Shown: positions 38,801 through 47,594 of the stretch, piece by piece
How the letters are laid out: every line of letters starts with the position of its first letter
Numbering within the stretch: position 1 is the stretch's first letter
Assembly (NCBI GenBank): GCA_965228855.1
Contig: CBDDIJ010000003.1
Location: forward strand, 160,001 to 224,000
Reading direction: 5' to 3'
Length of the DNA stretch: 64,000 nt
DNA from: Candidatus Obscuribacterales bacterium
GTDB lineage: Bacteria > Cyanobacteriota > Vampirovibrionia > Obscuribacterales > Obscuribacteraceae
Notes under the pieces: model-generated
Seen by the model: the letters and a program-made list of their open reading frames with translations, nothing else
The model's database searches: none
Told to the model about the DNA's origin: nothing
Program-made: the position numbers and the translations under genes

Positions 38801-40263
38801 GCTATGCCTTTGGATGTGCGATCCAATTGATGTCCACCATGCGCGAGCGCCATGTCCTCACTCCTCAATTTGCCTTGAAAGTGTCTGAGTTGATTCGAAG
38901 TGCAAGAACAACCACAGGTACTCAGCGTTACGTCGAAGACGTGTACTCGATTTTTTGTGAGTCCGGTCGCGGCTTCGAGCATTCGGTTTTGAGTTTGCGA
39001 GATAGTTTGAAACCCGATTCAAGGTCGGCTATCGAAAACCGTTTAAACATCAAAGGCAATGAGGATATGGTGCTCTCCATCGCCGATGGGAACCTAGAGT
39101 TTCAGATTGTCTCGCCTACCGTCGAAAGCGGTGACGGAGGTGCGAAGCAAGCTGATGAATCTGGAGCGGAAAGTTGGCGCGCAATCAACAAAATCTTCTT
39201 TATGATCGAGCGTGAAGAGTATTCCGCAGCCATCGAGGCTCTCGATAAATTGCGTGCAGATTCGGATGATAACAATTTAGCCAGTGATGCTCTGGTTCTG
39301 CGTGGATATTGTTATTCACTGCTGCAGGATGATTCTCAGGCGGAGCGCTCGTTTAAGCAAGCGGTTAGAGTGGTGCGTGGCTCCGATAGGTTTCGCTTTA
39401 CCAAGGCAACGCTTTGTGTTTATCTGATTTTTATGCGCAATCGGGACAAACAGCGTTACCTTCGTCAACTGATTGATCCTACTTTGGAGGCTCGTAACGT
39501 CGTCAAAATCGCGACGAAAGTGGTTGGACGGACTTTGAACGAGAGCGATGATTTGACTGAAGTTCTTGCCGGAGAATTGCTGGAGCGCGCAGAGAAGGGA
39601 GAGAGAACGTCGTTAACGTCTGCGAAAATTTATCGTGCGATTCTCACCATATTCGGTATCGAGAATCTTTCGCGACGACTTGATGTTATCTACTGTCTTG
39701 ATGCGATCGGAAAGTACAGGAGCGCTTCGTCGGTGCTTAAGTTGTATGTCTCGACCGCCGGCAGCGATGATGAAAAAATGAAGGAGCTTGTCTCAAAACT
39801 CGCTCGGAGACACATCAAAACCAGAGAACTCGACAAAATTATTTCGTGTTACAAAGCCGCCGTTGTTGATTTTGAAACTCATGTTGCCGCTGCGCGCGAA
39901 GACCATTTAATCGGAACCTTAAGTAAAGTCTTGACTGGTCATGTTCCGCGGCGCATGCTTCTTGAAATTCGATATGACCTCATATCGTTTTTGGGTCGAG
40001 ATCTGCTGGGCGCCGAACTTTGTGACAGAGTCGCCGATGCGATTGTGAATAGCATCGCCGATGATGGCATGGAGGATCGACGAGTGAAATTCAGAGTCGA
40101 ATTGGAAGGTATTGCAAGAGTGTTGGAAAAGGTCGACTTCGAGTCCGCCCGGCGCGTGCAGGCTTGTTTAAATCCCGATGGTGATTATGCTGGTTCAAAC
40201 AGTGATCATATGAACTTGCTGGAGCAGGAGTTGTTTGAGTCTGCGAGTAAGCGTGGCGCATGA
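35842..40263 (+). CDS. 1473-aa atypical protein kinase fused to a TPR-like helical region
   Basis: AGGAG SD plus GTG; GAFASVY, WAVRCF, MEWVDG, HGDLQHGNI, LIDYD; long helical C-terminus. Confidence 0.85.
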   Translation: MWPTPQDYNEAVQQPQACFSDSELRRCRVELNHLGLPRPMTGAFASVYRLSNVAGTSWAVRCFLEHREDMKERYNAIKTAVAGPAQDLFASFEYIERGIRVRNEWFPILKMEWVDGDSLDRYLDRHVKTRAKVVSLHKQFRELALKLKKAGIAHGDLQHGNILVTDNGLRLIDYDDMFVEGLAGKVSHELGHRNFQHPGRSNDHFNADLDNFAEWVIDLSLKALVVEPDIWRDFDCGDDCLLFRHRDFKDADESPIFKYLLHHDEAELRDSAKLFADVLALRPTKTPDYQSDSATVGQLVHLESIEVINESEKNAFGDDRDVHEPTLTATELSFVDYDRWLASVEQRKQQPGKNTARFFERVRTAGAGFVKKGWRHVVSHLAPYAWARTAADEGNREYDEGNLTEAVKLYSDAAAVLRADHSKRTGRGTPVTMELLCEVLINLGYCYVRKEQPGTAAHYFREAKSAASPIEFGQARLQAQLLLAATLFDLDRKGDSHIGNALNPLATELNVLKGQIDTAEVLIGAVRAERDGPYGNMLTFPAMLTELGHGYLSAGDFPNAQAAYKAAMEACQWVKDEKQAIKTKLIVARAACGFSATRVGESEIDDAVKQFCDLMDVESDTTILRQLIRTELKGPLKSDWKFAELMRALAHDLAARGQCEHAELAYRAALMALRLADNPEEYQLKIVDCLLGLGKSLEAVAVIRDYSEWSKDFSAQLSEHIDSIDDFNHALIVSTVVFDDNTHKNRYKCLESLVRTCPAAEQAGRAVAGIELTDIGSKLAFAELMLELARDLKSANRSRVAKCFYAAAFKAFKRGNLDESYGASVMECLLAMGDPEVAAGLLLDGGRLEEMVRLMVNVMIQQKQYDRASICELLVKVADTQMSRPPASVTEEEIKTTISLLDWCAGDEEGLAKETRDKAQRWLENREMAFAHSLVEQGKFGTALELFEKHEGSSGPNVILVQELWVLKYLSAALIDRDRGYVTVADGYAFGCAIQLMSTMRERHVLTPQFALKVSELIRSARTTTGTQRYVEDVYSIFCESGRGFEHSVLSLRDSLKPDSRSAIENRLNIKGNEDMVLSIADGNLEFQIVSPTVESGDGGAKQADESGAESWRAINKIFFMIEREEYSAAIEALDKLRADSDDNNLASDALVLRGYCYSLLQDDSQAERSFKQAVRVVRGSDRFRFTKATLCVYLIFMRNRDKQRYLRQLIDPTLEARNVVKIATKVVGRTLNESDDLTEVLAGELLERAEKGERTSLTSAKIYRAILTIFGIENLSRRLDVIYCLDAIGKYRSASSVLKLYVSTAGSDDEKMKELVSKLARRHIKTRELDKIISCYKAAVVDFETHVAAAREDHLIGTLSKVLTGHVPRRMLLEIRYDLISFLGRDLLGAELCDRVADAIVNSIADDGMEDRRVKFRVELEGIARVLEKVDFESARRVQACLNPDGDYAGSNSDHMNLLEQELFESASKRGA

Positions 40264-40388
40264 TAGGCTCGGGAATCTGACAATCCGACTTGCTGAGTCT
40301 GCTGCGCAGCCTCGATTCGCTAGCCCGTTCGCTTAATTACCTGCGTAGTATCCAGCTGTCCGCCTCGCTAAACAACCAGACCGTCTAG

Positions 40389-42074
40389 CTAACTTTCGGC
40401 ATTCGGAGACATTCTCCAGCCCAGCTGATCGAATGCTTCGCGCAGAGTGCAACCGTTTCGATGACAATAGTGCAAGGCGATGACGGCCATTTCAACTTTG
40501 CATTCCTTTCGATCCAAAAGTTTTTGAGCTTGAACGGCGGCATGCATCGTCTGCTCCGACAAAATTCCGCTGGCAACCAGATATCGACTAACTGCTGCGC
40601 GTTGACCATCGAGGAGCTGCATGGCATGTCGATACTCGTTACCGTTAATCAATTCGCTCTCCTTGAGCAGATTCAGCACATGCTGTAGATCTATACGCTC
40701 TTGCGTTCCGCTCGCCGGGTTTACCGTGTAGAAGGTTCCTGATTGCGTTTGATTCGTCAGCCACTCATTGTCGAGGTTAATCTGATCTACGGTGAGCAAG
40801 CGTTCCAATTCGTGACCGAGGGTCTTCGCCGATTGGTATCGATCTTGCGGTTCTTTCTCCAGGCAGCGCAGGATGACAGATTCTATTTGGGGCGGGATGC
40901 CGAGCTTCGGCGCAACATCCTTGAACTTTCGCGGGCGCGTTCCGACTTGAAGTTGCATGGTGGCAAGTGCGTTTGAGCCCTCGAAAGGACGTCTGCCGCT
41001 GATTGATTCATACATTACACATCCAAGTGAATAGATGTCCGACCTCGCATCCATCTCAGTTCCCATGCACTGCTCGGGGCTCATATAAAATGGACTCCCG
41101 AACACGTCTCCTGTTTGGGTAAGACGCTGCGATTTCGGACCCTCGGGACGAACAATTTTGGCAATTCCGAAGTCCACAAGTTTGACCAGATCCGATGATT
41201 TATCGACCGGTATGAGCATGATGTTCGCGGGCTTCACATCTCGATGGATCACCCGGTTAGTATGCGCATGAACGAGTGCTGAGCAGGCTTGCAAAAAAAT
41301 CGTAAGAAATCTCCGAATCTCCAATGGTCCGTCAACTGCCAGCAATTTTTGAAGCACCTCTCCGTTTAAATACTCCATGGCGATAAATGGGAGACCTTCT
41401 TCTGAAAATCCGTAATCGAAGAGAGTGACTAAGTTGGGATGACGCAAGTGGATGGTGGCTTTGGCTTCATGTTCGAAACGCTTTCTTGCGTGCTCATCTT
41501 CGACGAGATGTGGATGTAAAACTTTCAACGCGACTATTCGATTATTGAGAATATCAACTGCCTGATAGATGCGTCCCATCCCGCCGTGACCGATTTGAGA
41601 AATCACCCGATAGTGTCCGGCGAAAAGCTCATTATCTCCCAGTCTCCGGTATCCGTGAGCATCGCGAACGGCGGTACCGTTGGTTCCATTATCTGAGACT
41701 TGCTTGTTCTTTCGTGACTCTACAAATGGTGTCATCTTCTTGAGCATCAGGCGGTGCACTTCGCCTGGATTCTCAGTAGTCACCGTGAAGAATACTTCTG
41801 TTGATTCCTCGTCGCCCGGACCCATCTCCCAGGTAGGTTCACCATTGATACCATCGACGTAGGAAACCGCCAGCAAAAACATTTGAGGCGAACTGGGCTG
41901 TTTCCAACGCAAGTATTGAGGAATAGGAGAGGACTGTGCGGCACGTTCCATAAGCGAGGACACCTCGGCTTTTGATGGCGTGTTTGCATGCACAGGTGTG
42001 TCTTTCCTGCGATCTTCCTTGTCTTGGAACGCGTCCTGTAGGGGCATCTTTGGGGATTCTGCGTGGGCACTCAT
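40389..42074 (-). CDS. cytoplasmic Ser/Thr kinase with degenerate MshEN-like C-terminal domain
   Basis: GHGGMG, VALK, HRDVKPAN, DFG, SPE; paralog of the next gene over its whole length. Confidence 0.92.
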   Translation of the reverse strand: MSAHAESPKMPLQDAFQDKEDRRKDTPVHANTPSKAEVSSLMERAAQSSPIPQYLRWKQPSSPQMFLLAVSYVDGINGEPTWEMGPGDEESTEVFFTVTTENPGEVHRLMLKKMTPFVESRKNKQVSDNGTNGTAVRDAHGYRRLGDNELFAGHYRVISQIGHGGMGRIYQAVDILNNRIVALKVLHPHLVEDEHARKRFEHEAKATIHLRHPNLVTLFDYGFSEEGLPFIAMEYLNGEVLQKLLAVDGPLEIRRFLTIFLQACSALVHAHTNRVIHRDVKPANIMLIPVDKSSDLVKLVDFGIAKIVRPEGPKSQRLTQTGDVFGSPFYMSPEQCMGTEMDARSDIYSLGCVMYESISGRRPFEGSNALATMQLQVGTRPRKFKDVAPKLGIPPQIESVILRCLEKEPQDRYQSAKTLGHELERLLTVDQINLDNEWLTNQTQSGTFYTVNPASGTQERIDLQHVLNLLKESELINGNEYRHAMQLLDGQRAAVSRYLVASGILSEQTMHAAVQAQKLLDRKECKVEMAVIALHYCHRNGCTLREAFDQLGWRMSPNAES

Positions 42075-42165
42075 CGCGAGCGTCTTATTTTATTTACCCG
42101 AACCGGTTGATGAATTATCTGACCGACCAGTCGATTTCACGGGTCTGTTTACAGCGGTCTCACTT

Positions 42166-43842
42166 CTATGTCGCGCTGGTTTTCCATCCGAGTTCTTCGA
42201 GCGCTTCATCAAGACTAATGCGGCTTCGCTGGCAATAGTGCAGTGCGATTATCGCCTTCTCCACTTTCATTCCACCGCGTTCAAGCAAGCCCTGCAATTC
42301 GACGGCTGAGTGGAGTGTCTTGGCGTCGATTATGCCGCTCGCGACAAGGTAGTTTCCGAGTTCGCTGCGCCCACGCTCGTCCAGACCAACAGCCTTCTGA
42401 AGCTCCGCATCAGTGATTAGACCTGCTTGTTTCAGTAGCTTAATCACTGATAGGAAGTTGGCGGGTTGTTCTCGTCCGGTGTCCGGATGAACCGCGTAAA
42501 AGGTTCCCGATCTCGTTTGCTTGGTGATGTAGTCTTCTTCGTCGCGATCGCCGCGAGCGACCTTCTGCAAATCGAGACTTAGAGCTTGAGCGGTTTGATA
42601 CCGCATGTGGGGCTCTTTCTCCAGGCATTTCATGATGATTGTTTCAAGCTCTGACGGAATTGTCGATTCCGGGCGGCTCATCGAGAACGGCGCCGCTTTG
42701 ATGTTTACGTGCATGTATATTGTTTTGTACGCATTCTCGCCTTCAAACGGACGTTTGCCTGTGAGAGCCTGGTACATCACGCAACCCAGTGAATAAATGT
42801 CGGATCTCGCGTCCAGTGGTGCGCCTTTGCACTGCTCCGGGCTCATATAATAAGGGCTACCGAAAACGTCTCCCGTCTGCGTCAATTTCTGAGATGTTTC
42901 CTCTCCCTGTGGTTCAATTTTTGCGATTCCAAAGTCGAGCAACTTCACGAGCTCGACATTCTGAGGGGTTTTAACGAGCATGATGTTGCTCGGTTTCACA
43001 TCGCGGTGAATGACGCCTCTGATGTGCGCGTGGCTGAGAGCTGAACATACTTGATAAAAAATGGTCAGGAAGTGACTGAGCTTGAGCCGCCCATGGTCTT
43101 TGAAAATCTGCTCCAGGCTGGGACCGTCGATGTATTCCATAACCATGAAAGGCAGACCTTCACTGGTTTCGCCATGGTCAATGACCGCGACAATATTCAA
43201 ATGCGCGAGCGCCATAGTCGCTTTGAATTCTTGCTGGAAACGCTTTTCAGGCTTCTTCTTGCGTGTTTTATTCTCGGACAGAAGATGTGGATGCAGCACC
43301 TTAACTGCCACCATCCGGTCTTGCTTTCTGTCCTTGGCTTTGTACACGCGGCTCATCCCGCCACAACCGATTTCCTCAATCACCTCATATCGATCGAGGA
43401 AAAGATTTTCCGGCGATTTTGAGATCAGCTCCGGCTGCTCTTCTTTTTTTGCCTGCTTATTGTGGTCCTCATCCGTGTCGCCGAGATGTCGTTGAGGTGC
43501 CGGTCTGATGGAGGGATTTCGAGCTCGTTTTTGGACCAGGTTGTAGATTTGTTCAGGATTTTCCGTAGTGACGCTCCAGAAGACGACCGGCGGGTCCTCC
43601 CCTTCCGTGCTCAGAACCCAGGTTGGCTCAATGCCTGGAATTAGATAGGTGACCGTGAGCAGATACTCGGAACCATCACTCAACTCGAATTTCACAGACT
43701 CAGAATGCGGCGATGACTCCTCTGCTTGCGCCATCAGCGAGGCAAGTTGGGCACGGCTCGGGGGCGGACTCTGTCCACCTCCTGCTGGTTTGTTCGCTGA
43801 TTCGCCATCCGGCGTTTGTCCCGCCGTGTTGTTAAGAGTCAT
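42166..43842 (-). CDS. cytoplasmic Ser/Thr kinase with MshEN-like C-terminal domain
   Basis: GCGGMS, VAVK, HRDVKPSN, DFG, SPE; ELGNYLVASGIIDAKTLHSAVELQ. Confidence 0.92.
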   Translation of the reverse strand: MTLNNTAGQTPDGESANKPAGGGQSPPPSRAQLASLMAQAEESSPHSESVKFELSDGSEYLLTVTYLIPGIEPTWVLSTEGEDPPVVFWSVTTENPEQIYNLVQKRARNPSIRPAPQRHLGDTDEDHNKQAKKEEQPELISKSPENLFLDRYEVIEEIGCGGMSRVYKAKDRKQDRMVAVKVLHPHLLSENKTRKKKPEKRFQQEFKATMALAHLNIVAVIDHGETSEGLPFMVMEYIDGPSLEQIFKDHGRLKLSHFLTIFYQVCSALSHAHIRGVIHRDVKPSNIMLVKTPQNVELVKLLDFGIAKIEPQGEETSQKLTQTGDVFGSPYYMSPEQCKGAPLDARSDIYSLGCVMYQALTGKRPFEGENAYKTIYMHVNIKAAPFSMSRPESTIPSELETIIMKCLEKEPHMRYQTAQALSLDLQKVARGDRDEEDYITKQTRSGTFYAVHPDTGREQPANFLSVIKLLKQAGLITDAELQKAVGLDERGRSELGNYLVASGIIDAKTLHSAVELQGLLERGGMKVEKAIIALHYCQRSRISLDEALEELGWKTSAT

Positions 43843-44198
43843 TCAACCTGCAATTCCAGGAATTTTGTACATAAATCTCTCTTACCCAGTGCTTAGTATA
43901 TTCTCCTAGTAGATGCAAAGGTCTTAAAACCTAATTTCTGGACGTATTGAAGTGTATCGAGGCGTCCAACAGCTTCTCCTATGGCAAGGGATGTGGCTAA
44001 TTTGCGTGACGCTCTGAAGTTCTGATTAAATCGCGTCACGAGCCCCTTGAGGAGGCTTTCAAAGCTCTGAAAGTTAACTTGTCACCTTCCAGTCTTCTTT
44101 GTCGGCACCTTTCCGGCTGTCCGCTTTCGGCAGTCTTTCTGGAGTGATAAAAGAGGCAGCCCGTTTGAATTTGCTGTGAAGCTGTTTAGACAATCAAA

Positions 44199-45605
44199 CT
44201 ATTTTGCCGGCAGGACATCATCCATGAAACCCGAGCTTAGTTCTTTGGCCTGGCGTCTATCGGCTTTGGCTTCATCTGTTTTTCCGAGCTTGTCGTAGAT
44301 GGCGGCGCGTTCGATGTAGGCTCGTGATTTCGCTGTCGATTCTGCGGCAGAAATTGCCAGGGTGTAGGTTTTTATTGCTTCCTGGTTGAAACCCAGTTCA
44401 GACTCCAAAGTCCCTTTTCGCACGAGATTTCGGAACGAAATCTTTGAGAGCTCGCTTGCTCTTTTGAAGTCTTTCAGAGCGAGCGCTTTTTTGTTGATCT
44501 TCTCGTAAGCGTCTGCGCGGTTTATCAGCAGAGGGACGAAGTCTGGCGATTGTGCGAGTCCGAGTGAACACTCTTTGATGCACTCGTTGAGGTCTCCGGT
44601 TTGCATCAACACTTCTGCTCTGGCACTTCGATTTTCAAGGTTGTGTGGGTCGAGCCCAACTGCCTTATTCGCATCTGAAAGAGCCTCTTCGAACTTGCCG
44701 ATTTGCGCAAGCAACTCGCTGCGCAACCTGTAATAGCTGGCCTTTGTTTTGTTGATGAGAATGGCTCTGTCGCAGTCTTTGATTGCATCCTGCGCCATCA
44801 GCGTTGCTTTTTTCAGACGCGCTCTCCCGTAGTAGAGCTCGGCATTGGTCGGATCGAGTTTAATCGCTTTGTCGAACGCTACAGCGGCTTGCGTATAGTC
44901 TTTGCTCTTCAGGCGCATTTCCGCCAACATGCTCCACGGTTCAGAATTCTTTGGAGCAATTTTGATTGCCCGATTAAGATATTCGATTGCCAGTTTCGGA
45001 TTACTTTTTTTGTTTAGACGAGCTGCTTTCATCATGAGTTTTAAAGACTCGGGATTATCGTGCGTCGCGCCGTTCTTCGCTGTTTGAGCCTCTTGCGACC
45101 GCCCCATCGCTGTGAGCACCGAAGCTCTCCATGCGATGGCGTTTTTCTTTTGAGGGTTGAGCCGAAGCGCAGTATCTATGTCAGAAAGCGCCTCTTCGAA
45201 GTTCTTCAAGTCGTAGTTCAATCGCGAACGAACCGCATAGGAAGCCGCTGTCACCGGACCGAGTTCCATTGATTTCTTTATATCCTTCATGCCAAGCTCC
45301 GGCTTTGACATGCTTATAAAAACCTGTGCTCGTTTGAAATAGACGGCGCCTTTAGTCGGATATTTCTTTACCAGTGCATTCGCTTTCGTCAGAGCGCCAG
45401 ACAAGTCGCCTCTTCTGGTTAGCGTCTCAATTTCTTCCCAGAGTGTCCTCACCTCCGGGGACTGCTTAAGCAAGTCCTTGATACTTTCAATGTCTGATGA
45501 ATTCTTCGGTTTCGTCTGGGCAAAAACCGAAGTCGCGCCATCGTGCGCGCCTAGCGTCATATTGACAATAAGCGCGGCTGCGAGCGTAATTTGAAATCGG
45601 TTCAT
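44199..45605 (-). CDS. exported multi-TPR protein
   Basis: signal peptide; about 10 TPR-like repeats (A..D..KAI.L.P). Confidence 0.9.
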   Translation of the reverse strand: MNRFQITLAAALIVNMTLGAHDGATSVFAQTKPKNSSDIESIKDLLKQSPEVRTLWEEIETLTRRGDLSGALTKANALVKKYPTKGAVYFKRAQVFISMSKPELGMKDIKKSMELGPVTAASYAVRSRLNYDLKNFEEALSDIDTALRLNPQKKNAIAWRASVLTAMGRSQEAQTAKNGATHDNPESLKLMMKAARLNKKSNPKLAIEYLNRAIKIAPKNSEPWSMLAEMRLKSKDYTQAAVAFDKAIKLDPTNAELYYGRARLKKATLMAQDAIKDCDRAILINKTKASYYRLRSELLAQIGKFEEALSDANKAVGLDPHNLENRSARAEVLMQTGDLNECIKECSLGLAQSPDFVPLLINRADAYEKINKKALALKDFKRASELSKISFRNLVRKGTLESELGFNQEAIKTYTLAISAAESTAKSRAYIERAAIYDKLGKTDEAKADRRQAKELSSGFMDDVLPAK

Positions 45606-45699
45606 CAACTTGCTGTCAGGTTCAATGTCAATATCTGCAGTATCTATTCTAGCGTTTCGCGGGTAAGATTAGTCAATTCGGTGAGCGGGTCATAACTCA

Positions 45700-47046
45700 A
45701 TGGTGACGGAAGTCATACCGGTCGAATACAGCAAAGTTGCCAGCAAGGTGTCACTGCGCTTGATACCATTTATGTTGGTATTGTATGTGGTGTCATATCT
45801 TGATCGAATAAACATTTCATTCGCATCGTTGCAGATGAATGCGGCTTTACAAATTTCAGCCGAAGAGTATGGATTTGGATCCGGCATTTTCTTTTTTGGC
45901 TATTGCCTGTTCGGTATTCCCAGCAATCTTCTCATCGAAAAACTTGGACCCAGGCGATGGATATCGATCATCATGGTTGTCTGGGGACTCATCACACTGG
46001 CAATGTGTTTGTTGAGGAATCAAACTGAATTTTATGTTCTGCGATTCATACTTGGGATTGCTGAGGCTGGATTTTTCCCTGGCATGATCCTGTATCTGAC
46101 CTATTGGTTTTCGCCGAAGTATTACGGTGCCGCCGTAGCTCGATTTATGTCAGCGATACCGCTTGCTGGTCTGCTTGGAAGTGGCGTGGCCAGCTGGGCG
46201 CTGGGTATGACAGCTTATGGTCTGGCTGGATGGAAGTGGCTCTTTATTGCGACTGGATTACCCGCGGTGCTCCTAGGTTTCATCGTTTGGTTTGTTCTTG
46301 ATGATAAACCGCGCAACGCCAAGTGGTTGAACGCTGCCGAGATTGAATCGCTTGAGCGCGAGGCAACCGCCAACATCTGCGATGAGACGGAACGCGAGGA
46401 AACTGTTGTCGAGTCTGGGAGTAGTGCAAACGACAGGAATCAAAGCAATAAAGCCGACTCTGCCTGGTCGAGATTCGAGGCAACTCTTCTGGATATGACG
46501 GTCTGGCGATTCGCTTTACTGTACTTCTCGCTGACGACAAGTATGTATGGTTTTCAACTCTGGTTGCCGCAGATTATCAAAGCGTTCGGCGACTTGAGCG
46601 ATCAGACTACCGCGCTTGTCTCCGCTATTCCAGCGCTGTTTCAGGCGCTCGGTATGCTGATCATCGCAGGTCATTCGGATAAAACGCAGGAGCGACGGTT
46701 TCACGTCGTACTCGCTGCAATCTGCACTTGCAGCGGTCTGGCGATAACCTGCATAGCACCGTTGGCGTGGATAAAATTAGCTGGACTGTGTTTGGCTGCT
46801 TTTGGAATTTGGGGATCTGTTGGACCGTTCTGGGCGCTTACCACGAACAACTTGACGAAACGTTCTCAAGCAACCGGCATTGCGATAGTCAATTCAGTAG
46901 GCAATCTTGGCGGGTTCGCCGGTCCGTCGATAGTGGGATTGATTAAGCAATATTCGCACGGATTCAACGATGCTCTGATAGCACTGGCGGTGGCATCGGT
47001 CATAGCGATTATTATCGCAATTTCCTCTCCTAAAGGAAGATCGTAA
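45700..47046 (+). CDS. MFS transporter, anion:cation symporter (ACS) family
   Basis: YLDRINISFA, PSN, RFILGIAEAGFFPG, GWKWLF, NSVGNLGGF. Confidence 0.93.
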   Translation: MVTEVIPVEYSKVASKVSLRLIPFMLVLYVVSYLDRINISFASLQMNAALQISAEEYGFGSGIFFFGYCLFGIPSNLLIEKLGPRRWISIIMVVWGLITLAMCLLRNQTEFYVLRFILGIAEAGFFPGMILYLTYWFSPKYYGAAVARFMSAIPLAGLLGSGVASWALGMTAYGLAGWKWLFIATGLPAVLLGFIVWFVLDDKPRNAKWLNAAEIESLEREATANICDETEREETVVESGSSANDRNQSNKADSAWSRFEATLLDMTVWRFALLYFSLTTSMYGFQLWLPQIIKAFGDLSDQTTALVSAIPALFQALGMLIIAGHSDKTQERRFHVVLAAICTCSGLAITCIAPLAWIKLAGLCLAAFGIWGSVGPFWALTTNNLTKRSQATGIAIVNSVGNLGGFAGPSIVGLIKQYSHGFNDALIALAVASVIAIIIAISSPKGRS

Positions 47047-47480
47047 TGGTGGAAAAGAAAACAGTAGCCGACACGCGACGCGAAGTCTATAAACACTGGA
47101 CCGAGGTGAATCTGCGATACGGTGATACCGATCGGCAGGGGCATGTGAACAATGCTGCATACTGCACTTTCTTCGAGTCCGGGCGGTGCGCGTTTCTTTT
47201 CGACGATAAGGGAAACAACGTTGCCGGTGATGGCAAAAACTTTGTAATAGTGAAGTTGACTCTCGACTACTTGGAAGAAATAAATTTTCCAGGGATTGTT
47301 GAGGTTGGTTCGCGTATTTCTAAGCTTGGGAAATCATCGTTCACTGTTGAACAGGCAGTTTTCAAAGATGGCATCTGCTGTTCAACTGCTGAGTCTATAA
47401 TTGTGCAGATTGATGATTCTACGAAGCGTTCGTCGCAAATGTCAGAAAGTCTGGTTTCAGCTTTGTCGAAACTTATGTGA
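47046..47480 (+). CDS. hotdog-fold acyl-CoA thioesterase (4HBT/FcbC family)
   Basis: RYGDTDRQGHVNNAAY; TAATG overlap with the MFS gene. Confidence 0.92.
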   Translation: MVEKKTVADTRREVYKHWTEVNLRYGDTDRQGHVNNAAYCTFFESGRCAFLFDDKGNNVAGDGKNFVIVKLTLDYLEEINFPGIVEVGSRISKLGKSSFTVEQAVFKDGICCSTAESIIVQIDDSTKRSSQMSESLVSALSKLM

Positions 47481-47522
47481 GCAATTGGAGCAGATAATCA
47501 GATCTGAGCTAGCAAGCGGACG

Positions 47523-47590
47523 TGAGCCGTTGAGCTGAGCCGTGGAACTGAGTCGTTGAACCAGAGCAATCGACCTTGAGCAATCGGATC
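47523..47590. repeat. degenerate 13-14 bp tandem repeat
   Basis: TGAGCCGTTGAGC, TGAGCCGTGGAAC, TGAGTCGTTGAAC, then 2x GAGCAATCG. Confidence 0.7.
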
Positions 47591-47594
47591 TGAA

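Noticed and set aside
44005..44040. CGTGACGC-N20-GCGTCACG inverted repeat
   Set aside because: Isolated 8-bp repeat with no T tail or second copy; not enough support
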